64,000 nucleotides of DNA from Candidatus Versatilivorator sp. (lineage in GTDB: Bacteria; Acidobacteriota; Terriglobia; Versatilivoradales; Versatilivoraceae), in contig OZ242296.1 in NCBI GenBank assembly GCA_965207735.1, forward strand, positions 4,768,001-4,832,000, read 5' to 3'. Of this stretch, positions 48,529 through 58,160 are shown piece by piece (within the stretch, counting starts at the first letter, position 1; each line of letters starts with the position of its first letter). The translations under genes and the position numbers were made by a program. Under the pieces are notes generated by a model, which was not told the origin of the DNA, made no database searches, and worked only from the letters and a program-made list of their open reading frames with translations.

Positions 48529-48531
48529 GCC

Positions 48532-50544
48532 TTAGTGCCTTGCCAGCACTACCGGTGATTGGTCGGCCGCGATCATCCGGTCGAAGAACTCCTTCACTGA
48601 AGCGTAGTCCTCGGGTGGAACGACGGCGTTGTCGAGCTCGAGATGGCGCTTGAAGAAGAGCTTGCCGGCTTCGAGCTTCCAATCGGCGCGGTAGCTTCCG
48701 AACGGGGTGGTGAGGTCCACGGGCGCAGGCATTTCATCGACCGTGAATCCCCGGGGGAGATCCACCTCCACGGTTTCCTGGTAGCTGTCGGCTTCCAGAA
48801 CCACGGCGTACTTGCGCTCGGTCTGGTTGAGATAGGTGAAGCCGCGTTGGGAGACCACGGCGGGCTTGAAGATCAGCAGATACTGGCCGACCGTCCTTCC
48901 GTAGGCGGTCGCGGTGAAATCGACATCCACGAAGAAACCACCCCGATTCCGCTCGCCGGCTTCGATCATGGATACCGCGGCGCCAGGAGCGCCCCGGGAG
49001 ACCCAACGCTCGATGACCCTGCGGTAGTCCCTGCTCCCCAGTCTTCGGTGAAGGCGGCGATTCCTGCTGGCGGCGCTCCCCTCCAACTGCTCCCGAATCT
49101 GACAGCCGATCGAGCCATCATGAGACAGGTTCATGGTGACGTGGCGTTTGAGGAGGTTGGCCTGGGGAGGGGAAGCCGGTGCGCGCAGCAGCTCACCTCC
49201 GCTGGGCCTGACCAGCAGCGCCAAGCTGTCCTGCTGGTGGGCGGGAAGGTAGCCCAAAGACGTGAAGGGGTCGGTCGGGTCGAACAGCAAGAGTTTCCCC
49301 AGGTGACCGGTAGAGGCCACCGCGGGCGAATCCAGCTCTCCTGAAAACCTGACGGCGATGATGGCGTGGTTGAACTGCTGGGGAGAGGGCCAATCGGGTC
49401 GCACATAGCGGCGATTGCCGGAAAAGATCACCACCGGAAAGGACTCGATGCCCACCGCCGCCAACAGGGAGCGCATGAGGTTGACCTTGTCCTTGCAGTC
49501 TCCATAGGCCTTTTGAAGCGTCTCCCCCGCTGGACTGGGCTGGTATCCGCCGCCGCGCCCGACGCCCAATTGGATGGAGGCATACTTGATACGCTGCGAG
49601 AAATCGGCGATGGCCTCGATCTTCTCGAGCTGACTTTCCTTGCCCGCGGTCAGGTCCTGCGCCTTGGCGATGACGGCCTTGTCGGGCCTGGCCCGGGGAT
49701 CGGCAAGGGAGGCAAGCCAGGACGATACCTGGCTCCACTCGCGAAAGGTCGGCCCGGCGGCCTTGACCTGGGAGGGAGGAAAGTAGCTGACGTTGACTCG
49801 GGGTACGATCGACCTCAGCCCGGGCCGGGCGGGTTCGTCCGAAACCGGGGGCAGGCGTTCCAGTTGCCAGGTGTAGGAGGAGTCGTTGACCAGGGGCTCC
49901 AGGGGCGGGTGGTTGTCCGTGACCGATTCAGCCTTCCATCCCGAAGGCAGCTCCAGGCGAAGGCGAGAGAGTAGGGCCGGCAGATCATCCTGAAAGTTGA
50001 AGCTGAGCTGGGTAAATACCGACCGGTCTTCCAGGACCGATTCGTAGCCGAACACTGAACCCGTGTCCGCGTCGTCCTCGCCCAGGATGGCCGAAGCCCG
50101 CGACTCGTCATAGACATCGTAGACATCGTCCTCTACCAGCGAGACATCGACGATGTCCTTCTTGCGGTGGGTTTTTGAAGCCCCGGAGGGGTAGAGCGTC
50201 CAGGCCCGCAGTCGGCGCACCTTGCCGCTGTCGCTGCGATAGATCACGACCCCGCGAGCTTCCCGGCGGCCTTCCCTTGTCAGGACCTTGACGGCCTTCC
50301 GTACCGAGGTGGTGACCTTGCCGTCCGGTTCCACCGTCACTGTCTTTTCGTCGAGAAGAACGACTGCTCCTACCTCGCTGTCGTATTCCGGGACTTGGCT
50401 GGAAGCCAGCTCGGTGAGCCAGGAAGGGGGACGTTCAGCCGCCAGGCAGGGGGAGCAGAGGCAGATCAGGATCAGGGCGGCCGCCCGCTGTCTGCCCCGC
50501 CACCGGTCAATCCACCGGCGGTTTGCGGGTGAGCGTGAGCACAT
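48532..50544 (-). CDS. DUF3857 + transglutaminase-like exported protein (triad intact)
   Basis: Signal peptide; YGDCKDK, FNHAIIAV, FDPT; start uncertain (ATG 50544 has an AGGA SD). Confidence 0.85.
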   Translation of the reverse strand: MCSRSPANRRWIDRWRGRQRAAALILICLCSPCLAAERPPSWLTELASSQVPEYDSEVGAVVLLDEKTVTVEPDGKVTTSVRKAVKVLTREGRREARGVVIYRSDSGKVRRLRAWTLYPSGASKTHRKKDIVDVSLVEDDVYDVYDESRASAILGEDDADTGSVFGYESVLEDRSVFTQLSFNFQDDLPALLSRLRLELPSGWKAESVTDNHPPLEPLVNDSSYTWQLERLPPVSDEPARPGLRSIVPRVNVSYFPPSQVKAAGPTFREWSQVSSWLASLADPRARPDKAVIAKAQDLTAGKESQLEKIEAIADFSQRIKYASIQLGVGRGGGYQPSPAGETLQKAYGDCKDKVNLMRSLLAAVGIESFPVVIFSGNRRYVRPDWPSPQQFNHAIIAVRFSGELDSPAVASTGHLGKLLLFDPTDPFTSLGYLPAHQQDSLALLVRPSGGELLRAPASPPQANLLKRHVTMNLSHDGSIGCQIREQLEGSAASRNRRLHRRLGSRDYRRVIERWVSRGAPGAAVSMIEAGERNRGGFFVDVDFTATAYGRTVGQYLLIFKPAVVSQRGFTYLNQTERKYAVVLEADSYQETVEVDLPRGFTVDEMPAPVDLTTPFGSYRADWKLEAGKLFFKRHLELDNAVVPPEDYASVKEFFDRMIAADQSPVVLARH

Positions 50545-52498
50545 GGTTGTCCTGGCGGTGGACGTAATCGAAGGTTCGCTTGATTTGAGAATAGACATCG
50601 GCGCGGAACAATATGTTTCCGTTGTCTCCGAAGCGAAAGGTGCGCCGGTAGGTCAAACGGTTGCCGTCGCTTGGCTCCAGGCTGGCCTCATATTTCCCCA
50701 CGCCTCTCATGGCGAAGGGTCTGGGGGACGAGACCCTCTCGAGGCGGTGGGTTTGCGGCAGTTCGATAGAGACCTCATCCGTTTCGGTCCAGGGGTAACG
50801 AAAATAGATATCGTACCTGCGCTGGCTGGTTTCAAACTCTGGGAGCATATTCATTTGGAAATAGGCCGGCTGCAGCAGCAGACGCCTGCCGACTCCCTGA
50901 GCATAGCCGGGAACCCGAATCTTGTAGCGCACCGTAAAGGGGGCGTGGATGGCTTTGGCGTTCCGAATCTCGACCTCGGTCACTTCGGCGGTATTCAGCC
51001 GTTCCTGCACCCGCTCCGCAAAGTCCTTCTGCTGCTCCTCCGGGGTGAGAGCGTCATACAGGTTCTTGCTGGATAAACCCGTGTGGCCGTGGAAGACCAT
51101 CTCCACTGTTCCTTCCAGAGACCCTTCCTCCTCCAGCTTGAAACTCGCTTTGCGGTGAATGCGACTTCTCTCCGGACCGGAAGAGGGGGTCTTCTGGAAA
51201 AAGGGTTGCTTCCGGTGGAGGATCAGCGATTCGACGCCCTCCTCGGGCCACAGCAGCATGCCGGGTTCCAGGTAGGGAGAGGATGGATCGTAGAATTTCC
51301 AGCTTCCGTCGAGCTCGACCGCGACCTGCATGCGGTCCAGGAAATAGGGGTCCATGAAATTGGAGTTGAAAAAGAAGTCATCCCGTCCGGCGGCCAGAGC
51401 GATATGGGACCGCATTCCGGCCGCGTTCAGGAGCGCGGAGAACAGCTTGATGATGTCGCGTCCCGTTCCCATCCCTTGCTTCAGGGTGTCGGACGGCTTC
51501 TTGCGGGGTTTCAGTTTGAGGCGCTGCTCGGCCGTCACCCCCGAACGGTCGTGTTGGATGTTCTTGACCTGGTTGAGGCAGTAGTCGAGGATGAGATCGA
51601 TTTTCTCGGTGGATGTGGACAGACCCGCGGTCAGCTCGGCGGCCTTTTTCTTGATGGCGCCGTCGACCTTGATCTCGTTCCTGAGTTCGTGGCGAATGGC
51701 CTTTCCCAGTTCGCTCCAATACTTGTCCGGCTTGAACTTGCGCTTCTTGGAGTAGAATAGCAGCATCCAGGAGCGGATGTTGTCCTCGGGAGGCATACGG
51801 GCTTCGCGTCTGAAAGCCTGAACGTCCTGCACCGTGATGGACTGCCACCCCCCGGGCGTTTCCCGAAATCCCTCGCTCCTCACGTTGAACACCTGGAAAC
51901 TCATCAGGTACCCCAATCGCTCCCAGGCATAGTCCGAAGGCTTGACGTGGTAGGTGACCTCCCAGGAAGGGATGTCCCGCTGAAAATAGAGACGGGCATA
52001 CTGGGAGAAATAGTCGTCGCGATACTGTTTCCACTGGTACTCGATGATGTCTCCCGGCTCCACCCCCGGCATGGAGAAGGACTTGAACCTGACCTTGATT
52101 CCGCCGGTTCTGGCCACCGTCCGTTCGAAGATGGATCGACCGGGAACCTCCACAATGCGGCCGTCGGACTTGATGGTTCGCGCACGCAGGTCGCCGATGC
52201 GAATCTCGTCGGACGCCGACAGCAGGTCGATGGTGGCGTGCTCCTGCACACCGCGTTCGGTGAAGATCTTGATGCGGATGTACTGCTCCTTGACGTTCTG
52301 CGGCTGTCGCCCTCCAATCATTTGATCCGTCACCCAGGTGCGCCAAAATACCGCCTCGACGTCGGCATCGGGGTCGATCCGGGGACTTTGCACAGCCAGG
52401 TGGGCCGGCTCGACGGGAGCCCACCTGACGGCGGCGGCCGGCAGACAAAGGATCAGAGGAAGCAACAGGGACGCCAGGATTCGAAGAGCCGGTTTCAT
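50507..52498 (-). CDS. DUF3857 + transglutaminase-like exported protein (triad degenerate)
   Basis: Signal peptide; RIKIFTERG, ARTI..DG, PGVEPGDIIEY, YFQRDIP; GMGTGRDI at the position of GDCKD. Confidence 0.82.
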   Translation of the reverse strand: MKPALRILASLLLPLILCLPAAAVRWAPVEPAHLAVQSPRIDPDADVEAVFWRTWVTDQMIGGRQPQNVKEQYIRIKIFTERGVQEHATIDLLSASDEIRIGDLRARTIKSDGRIVEVPGRSIFERTVARTGGIKVRFKSFSMPGVEPGDIIEYQWKQYRDDYFSQYARLYFQRDIPSWEVTYHVKPSDYAWERLGYLMSFQVFNVRSEGFRETPGGWQSITVQDVQAFRREARMPPEDNIRSWMLLFYSKKRKFKPDKYWSELGKAIRHELRNEIKVDGAIKKKAAELTAGLSTSTEKIDLILDYCLNQVKNIQHDRSGVTAEQRLKLKPRKKPSDTLKQGMGTGRDIIKLFSALLNAAGMRSHIALAAGRDDFFFNSNFMDPYFLDRMQVAVELDGSWKFYDPSSPYLEPGMLLWPEEGVESLILHRKQPFFQKTPSSGPERSRIHRKASFKLEEEGSLEGTVEMVFHGHTGLSSKNLYDALTPEEQQKDFAERVQERLNTAEVTEVEIRNAKAIHAPFTVRYKIRVPGYAQGVGRRLLLQPAYFQMNMLPEFETSQRRYDIYFRYPWTETDEVSIELPQTHRLERVSSPRPFAMRGVGKYEASLEPSDGNRLTYRRTFRFGDNGNILFRADVYSQIKRTFDYVHRQDNHVLTLTRKPPVD

Positions 52499-52627
52499 CA
52501 GGGTTCTCCGGTTGAAATGGAATCGGGATAGTCGGATGGGATTATTCAACGGAAAGATAATGGGCGCAGCGATGATACACGACACCTCACCCGGAAACAA
52601 TCGGCTTCCCCCGGTCAGAAACGCGGT

Positions 52628-54568
52628 TTAGAAGGGAGACCGCCTGGCCGTGGTCGAGCGCACTCTCAGGTCGACATTCGAAGTGCCGGTCCCCTTGACG
52701 ACGTCGACCAGCCTGGAATCGAATACCTGGGAGATTCCGTAGCCTCGACTGGGGTGGGAGGCGTCCGGCTTGGAACGGAGAGCCAGAAAGTAGCGGCCCG
52801 GGGAAAGCCCGGCCAGCGTGTATTGGGGTGAGGGGAGGTCGAACACCGACGAGGTGTTTTCGACGAAATTGATGAGGACGATCTGCAATTGGTTCAAGCC
52901 AGGGGCGTCGCCGGACGACTCGACAGAGCCCGAGATGGAGCCCCCGAGGCGGAAGTCGAAGTCCAGCTCTTCCAACAGGTCGCCCTCAACCACCGTCACC
53001 ACCCGCGGAAGCGGTGACCGCAGTGCAATCAGATTGGGGTCCGAGAGCCTGGGGGTCAGGGCATAGCGTCCCCCGGGAGTTCCGTCCACTCGGAATGAAC
53101 CGTCCTCCTCCACGCTCAACTGCCTGTCCTCGGAGCCCCTGGGATCGAAATCCAGACGTGCCAGCTCGATTACGTCGCGTGAGGTGTCCCATTGATATTC
53201 GGGCTCCTCGATACGAACCCTGCCGCGGAGGCTGGCTCCGGCCGCCAGGTTGAAGTCGATGTCCCGAATCGCCTTCCCTGCCTCCAACTCGATCTTGTCA
53301 GCTCTGTCCAGGCTCAGCTTGTCCCGATAGTAGACCTGGATGAGCCGCCGGTGCTTGGCCGGGAGCAGCATGCCCAGGGTGTAGTCCCCCGGGGGCAATC
53401 CCTGAAGCAGAAAGGCCCCCGACCGATTGGTCTGGGTTCGGGCGGGAGAAAAACCCCGCAATACGACCGGTTGGGGAATCACCTGGACTTCCTCCAGAGG
53501 CTCCTCGTCCCCCAGCGTCAGAACCTTCCCGCTGATCCAGCACTCCTGCATCAGGGTGAAGTCGATTTCGGAAAGGGTGAGACCCGACTCGACCTCAAGA
53601 GCAACTGCAGACTCTCGATGGAAGCGTTGGGGATAGAACTGGCGCAGCCAGCCCGGTTGTTGCCGGCCGGGCCGGTCTTCTCCTGCGGAGGGGCCTGCCG
53701 ACAGCAGGTAGGCTCCTGGCGAGAGACCGGCCAGACGGAATCGCCCCAGCGAATCGCTGGTGGCAACGCGGGAGATTGAGGAAGCTCCCTCTTTTTCGGC
53801 AACGACTCGGATTCCCTCCAGCGGCTCCATTCCCTTTAGAGCCCGAACCCGTCCCCGGATGGCTCCCGCCCGTTGCAGCGCAAAGTCGATCCCGGAGAGG
53901 TTCAGGCGGCGCTCCACGGCGAGGGGCCGCGCCTCCTCGGGAATCGAGGCGCCTGGATAGTAGGCGGGAACATACTGCCGGTCCCGAGTCCCGGCGGATA
54001 CCAGGAATTCGCCCGGAGGCAGCCTCGGCAGGCGATAGCTTCCGTCCGCCCGGGTGGTGGTGGAGACTCGATGATCGTCCGACTCGGCCTGGACGGTTAC
54101 CTCGGCCAGGAGAGCCTCGCCCTCGCCTGTCACCCGCCCGGCGAGCGAGCCGCCCATCTGCAGAGACAGGTCCAGAACGATGAAGGAATCGAAAGTGGGG
54201 ATGTGAAGGATATCTCCGTCTTCCGGATCTCCTGATCCCCCATACCGCCTGGGGAGGTAGTTGGAATCGGGGACTTCCACCTGGATCCGGTAGCGCCCGC
54301 GCAGCAGGTCCAGGAGATAACGCCCGCGGTGGTCGGTCAGATCCTGAGCAACCGGCCGTCCTTCCTCGGCGGGCAGGGCCCGGACAACGGCTTGAGGAAT
54401 GGCTTCTCCGGTGTGGGAATCGGTAATGCGGCCGGTCACTTCGGCAGCCTGGACCGGCGCCTGCAGGCTCAAGCCGATCAGCAGGAATCCTGCGGAGGTG
54501 GATCGAAACATGGCCGCGTGGAAATTCCCCGATGACGGGGCGGCGATCTCAGATGCCGGACCTGTCAC
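52628..54568 (-). CDS. Exported protein with tandem carboxypeptidase-regulatory-like (SdrD B-like) domains
   Basis: About 6 repeats of 'G.I.GRV...T...G.(Y/F).L.GL.PG.Y' with YYP...IDF.L linkers; start uncertain. Confidence 0.75.
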   Translation of the reverse strand: MTGPASEIAAPSSGNFHAAMFRSTSAGFLLIGLSLQAPVQAAEVTGRITDSHTGEAIPQAVVRALPAEEGRPVAQDLTDHRGRYLLDLLRGRYRIQVEVPDSNYLPRRYGGSGDPEDGDILHIPTFDSFIVLDLSLQMGGSLAGRVTGEGEALLAEVTVQAESDDHRVSTTTRADGSYRLPRLPPGEFLVSAGTRDRQYVPAYYPGASIPEEARPLAVERRLNLSGIDFALQRAGAIRGRVRALKGMEPLEGIRVVAEKEGASSISRVATSDSLGRFRLAGLSPGAYLLSAGPSAGEDRPGRQQPGWLRQFYPQRFHRESAVALEVESGLTLSEIDFTLMQECWISGKVLTLGDEEPLEEVQVIPQPVVLRGFSPARTQTNRSGAFLLQGLPPGDYTLGMLLPAKHRRLIQVYYRDKLSLDRADKIELEAGKAIRDIDFNLAAGASLRGRVRIEEPEYQWDTSRDVIELARLDFDPRGSEDRQLSVEEDGSFRVDGTPGGRYALTPRLSDPNLIALRSPLPRVVTVVEGDLLEELDFDFRLGGSISGSVESSGDAPGLNQLQIVLINFVENTSSVFDLPSPQYTLAGLSPGRYFLALRSKPDASHPSRGYGISQVFDSRLVDVVKGTGTSNVDLRVRSTTARRSPF

Positions 54569-54589
54569 GGGATGGATCCCTTCTCAACC

Positions 54590-55294
54590 TCAGGGATCAT
54601 GACCTTCCTCTTGAATCAATTCCCTTATGGTAGCAAAAAGCGCCGGGTCGATCCCACCCTGCAGACGGAGTCCTGGCGATGCCTGCTGGCAGAATTGCTT
54701 CAGGTCGCCGAAGGTGTCCAGGTCTGCCAGCCGTTCCAGTGACTTCCAGCGCACTTCCCGCCGCCTGAGCCGGTCCAGGGTGGTCTCGAAGACCGCCGGA
54801 GTCCCCCAGGGAATCCCCTGCAGGATTTCGGGAAGGCAGGCGGCAAATCCGATCAGGTAGTACCCGCCGTCTTGAGCGGGGCCAATGACAACTTCCTGCC
54901 GGTTCAGGGTGCGGATGGCATGCCGGACCGTCTCCGATCCCAGCTTGGGGCAGTCGGTCCCGATGAAGATCACCTTGGAATAACCCTGGCTGAATCTGGT
55001 GGTGAGCGCGTGGCTGAGACGCTCACCCAGGTGGGCTCCCTGCTGGACATCCACCTCGAAGCCCCCGGCGTCCATCCGCCCGGCGTGCACCAGAGCTCCC
55101 TGCAGCGTTCCGGTAAGGCAAAGGCTCGCCTGCACTCCGGGAGCGATGAGGGGCCGCATTTGGGCAAGGGTGTGGTTCAGCAGGGCCTCATGCAGGCGCA
55201 GGCATTGCGCCGGGGACAGGGGCGGCGACATGCGGGTCTTGGCGGTTCCCGGGATGGGGGACTTGGCAAAGATATTCAGGGAGGTCCTGTCCAT
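54590..55294 (-). CDS. DUF2064/TIGR04282-family GT-A-like transferase
   Basis: FAKSPIPGTAKTR, QQGAHLGERL, IGTDCP, GPAQDGGYYLIG, IPWGT, DLDT; TGATG coupling with the upstream gene. Confidence 0.85.
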   Translation of the reverse strand: MDRTSLNIFAKSPIPGTAKTRMSPPLSPAQCLRLHEALLNHTLAQMRPLIAPGVQASLCLTGTLQGALVHAGRMDAGGFEVDVQQGAHLGERLSHALTTRFSQGYSKVIFIGTDCPKLGSETVRHAIRTLNRQEVVIGPAQDGGYYLIGFAACLPEILQGIPWGTPAVFETTLDRLRRREVRWKSLERLADLDTFGDLKQFCQQASPGLRLQGGIDPALFATIRELIQEEGHDP

Positions 55295-56292
55295 CAATCG
55301 CTGGAGAAGGCGGCGTCGAAGGCGACCCGGGAGGGAGCAAAGTCCTGTCGCCGGACCATCGCCAGCGCCTCGGGGGCTCCCCATTCCCGGTCCATGCCGG
55401 AGTCCTCCCACTCGATGGAGAGCGGTCCCTGGTAGCCGATGCGATTGAGCGCCCGCATGATCTGGTCCCACTGGACCCCGCCCCTGCCCGGGGAGACGAA
55501 GTCCCAGCCGCGCCGGCGGTCACCAAAATCCAGATGGGAGGACAGAATGCTGCTGCGGCCGTCCGCTTGAACCCGGGCGTCCTTGATGTGGACGTGGAAG
55601 ATGCGGTCCTCGAAGTCCTCGAGGAAAAAGACGGGGTTGATGAGCTGGGGTATGAGGTGGCTTGGATCGAAATTGAAGCCGAAGCTGGAGTGGTGACGGA
55701 TGGCTTCCAGGGCTCGATGAGCGGTGAGGATGTCGTAGGCGATCTCGGTGGGGTGGACTTCCAGGGCGAAGCGGACCTGCTGCTCCTGAAAGACCTCCAG
55801 AATGGGAAGCCAGCGGTCGGCGAAGTCCCGGTAGCCGGCGTCGATGTGGCTCTGGGACGTGGGAGGGAAGAAGTAGAGCTTGGCCCAGACACTGCTGCCG
55901 GTAAAACCGTTGACCGTGTCGACTCCGAACAGCCTGGCCGCGCGAGCGGTGGCTTTCATTTCCTCGGCGGCACGCCGTCGAACTCCTTCAGGGTTTCCGT
56001 CCCCCCAGATGCGGGCCGGAAGGATGTCCTTGTGCCGGGAGTCAATGGGGTCGCAGGTGCATTGACCCACCAGGTGGTTGCTGATGGCCAGGCAGCTCAG
56101 ACCGAGCCCATCCAGCAGAGCACGCTTCTCACGGACATAGCCGTCGCTTTCCAAGGCCCGGTCCACTTCGAAGTGGTCGCCCCAGCAAGCCAGTTCCAGG
56201 CCGTCGAACCCCCACTGGCCGGCCTGCCTGGCCAGGGCTTCCAGAGGCATATCGGCCCATTGGCCGGTGAACAGTGTGACGGGTCTTGCCAT
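55294..56292 (-). CDS. Sugar phosphate isomerase/epimerase TIM-barrel protein
   Basis: [35 protein letters not shown]. Confidence 0.88.
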   Translation of the reverse strand: MARPVTLFTGQWADMPLEALARQAGQWGFDGLELACWGDHFEVDRALESDGYVREKRALLDGLGLSCLAISNHLVGQCTCDPIDSRHKDILPARIWGDGNPEGVRRRAAEEMKATARAARLFGVDTVNGFTGSSVWAKLYFFPPTSQSHIDAGYRDFADRWLPILEVFQEQQVRFALEVHPTEIAYDILTAHRALEAIRHHSSFGFNFDPSHLIPQLINPVFFLEDFEDRIFHVHIKDARVQADGRSSILSSHLDFGDRRRGWDFVSPGRGGVQWDQIMRALNRIGYQGPLSIEWEDSGMDREWGAPEALAMVRRQDFAPSRVAFDAAFSSD

Positions 56293-56358
56293 TGTCTTCC
56301 TCCGGGCTGGGGTCTGGGGTCGGTGCGGCCGCCTCGTCGGTGCCGTCCTGCTCCACGG

Positions 56359-57489
56359 CTACCGAGGCCGCAACGAGATCCATTGTCTGGACTGAGCGCT
56401 CTCCTGGACGGCCTCGATCACTCTCTGGTTCTCCACACCGTCCCGGAAGTCGGGTGAGGCGGGCCGGTTCCGCCCCATGGACTGCATCAGGTCGTGGACG
56501 ATATGAACGAAGGTGTGCTCGTAGCCGATGATGTGTCCAGGAGGCCACCAGTTCATGTAGGGGTGAGAGGGTTCGGTAACCAGGATGTCCTTGAATCCCT
56601 GGGAGTGCTTGGCGTCCTTGCAAAGGAAGAGTCTGAGCTCGTTGAGGCGCTCCAGGTTGAAAGACAGGCTGCCCAGGCTGCCGTTGATCTCGAAGGCGTT
56701 GTAATTCTTGCGGCCGGGTGCGAACCGGGTGGCTTCGATGGTGCCCACCGCGCCGTTGGCGAATCGAAGAAGCGCCAGGCTGGCGTCGTCGACCGTCACC
56801 CGGCCCTTCCTGGTGGGCCGATCCGGCAGGGGGCGTTGCTTGACAAAGGTTTCCAGCAGGGCCGAGACGCCGCGGATTTCGCCGACCAGAAAGCGAGCCA
56901 GGTCGATCAGGTGGGACCCCAGATCTCCCAGGGCTCCGCTCCCGGACTTTCGCCTGTCGAACCTCCAGAGAAGGGGCAGCTCGGGGCTCATGGACCAATC
57001 CTGCAGGTAAGTGCCTCGAAAATGCCTGATGGTCCCCAGTTCACCGCCGGCAATGAGCTCCTTGGCCAGGGCTACGGCCGGCACCTTGCGGTAGTTGTGA
57101 CAAAGCATGTGCAGCGCACCGCCCTGGCGAACGGCAGCCAGCATCTTGCGGGCTTCGCCCAAACTGTTGGCCAAGGGCTTCTCGCACAGGATCGCCTTGC
57201 CGGCTTTGGCGGCGGCCAGGCAGATCGGCAGGTGAGTATCGCCCGGCGTGGCGATGTCGACCAGGTCGATGTCGGGCCGATTCACCACCTCTTCCCAGGA
57301 GGTGCTCCACTCCTTCCATCCCAACTGGGCGGCGGCGGCGCTGACTCCGGCTCGGTTGCGCCCGCAGATCACCTGCATGACCGGCAGAGCCGGTGGATTG
57401 AAAAAGTGCGGCATTTGACGGTAGGCGTTGCTGTGGGCCTTGCCCATGAACTGGTAACCGATCAGGGCTACATGGATCTTTTGGATCAT
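56359..57489 (-). CDS. Gfo/Idh/MocA family oxidoreductase
   Basis: IGYQFMGKAHS, DIATP, CEKPLA, GSGALGDLGSH. Confidence 0.9.
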   Translation of the reverse strand: MIQKIHVALIGYQFMGKAHSNAYRQMPHFFNPPALPVMQVICGRNRAGVSAAAAQLGWKEWSTSWEEVVNRPDIDLVDIATPGDTHLPICLAAAKAGKAILCEKPLANSLGEARKMLAAVRQGGALHMLCHNYRKVPAVALAKELIAGGELGTIRHFRGTYLQDWSMSPELPLLWRFDRRKSGSGALGDLGSHLIDLARFLVGEIRGVSALLETFVKQRPLPDRPTRKGRVTVDDASLALLRFANGAVGTIEATRFAPGRKNYNAFEINGSLGSLSFNLERLNELRLFLCKDAKHSQGFKDILVTEPSHPYMNWWPPGHIIGYEHTFVHIVHDLMQSMGRNRPASPDFRDGVENQRVIEAVQESAQSRQWISLRPR

Positions 57490-57658
57490 CGGCCTGCCCT
57501 CCGGCATGAGCGGCGACACCATCCCCGAGGCTTGCCGTTCTGGAGTACCTCAGTCGGGACGGATTGCTCCGCGCTTTCCGGTAATGTCGTCCGTTTCTGG
57601 CGCGAGGAAAGCCTGTATATCAAGATCCATGGAAGAGGGTCAAGCCCGGGCGTTCATT

Positions 57659-57745
57659 CCCCGTTGCGGTTCTCCGCAGATCCCTTCGTGGATAACTCTG
57701 TTAACCCCGTCGCGGTCCTGCACTGATCCCTTCGTCGACAACTCT
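57659..57745 (+). repeat. Two tandem 46-bp internally deleted family D units
   Basis: ccccgt(t/c)gcggt...gatcccttcgt(g/c)ga(t/c)aactct twice; both halves match parts of 61604-61672. Confidence 0.7.
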
Positions 57746-57829
57746 TTCATTCTCCCATCTCCGTAGCGCCCCCCATTTGCCGCCGGTGGCTGAGAGCGGG
57801 ATGAACAAGATTTGGTCCCTCAGCGGATC

Positions 57830-57838
57830 TGCTATCAT
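57830..57838 (+). promoter_or_regulatory. Extended -10 element for the CDGSH-his operon
   Basis: TG-c-TATCAT, 80 bp upstream of ATG 57918. Confidence 0.45.
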
Positions 57839-57917
57839 AGACGCTTCGTGGGGTCGGCTTGGCGGTAGCGCCGGCCTGCGCTTCGAAACTCCGACTGGCG
57901 ACGAAAGGAAATTACCA

Positions 57918-58160
57918 ATGGCGGACACCAAGCTGACGGTGAACAATAACGGCTCCTTGAGAATCACGGGCGAATTCACCCTCCATGACGCCCAAGGGCA
58001 GGCCTTCGACCTCGGCGGTCGCACGACCATATCCCTTTGCCGCTGCGGCCACTCCGACAGAAAACCCTTTTGCGACGGCAGCCACCGCAGGGTCGGCTTC
58101 CAATCCGAGGTCAAGGCTCTGAGTCTGCCGCCCCCAGCCTCCGGGGGCAGCCGTGGGTGA
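57918..58160 (+). CDS. CDGSH iron-sulfur domain protein
   Basis: CRCGHSDRKPFCDGSH canonical motif; AAGGA SD; overlaps hisC by 8 bp. Confidence 0.92.
   Translation: MADTKLTVNNNGSLRITGEFTLHDAQGQAFDLGGRTTISLCRCGHSDRKPFCDGSHRRVGFQSEVKALSLPPPASGGSRG

Noticed and set aside
57523-57917. His leader peptide/attenuator
   Set aside because: No His-codon run; the region is explained by repeat fragments and promoter sequence
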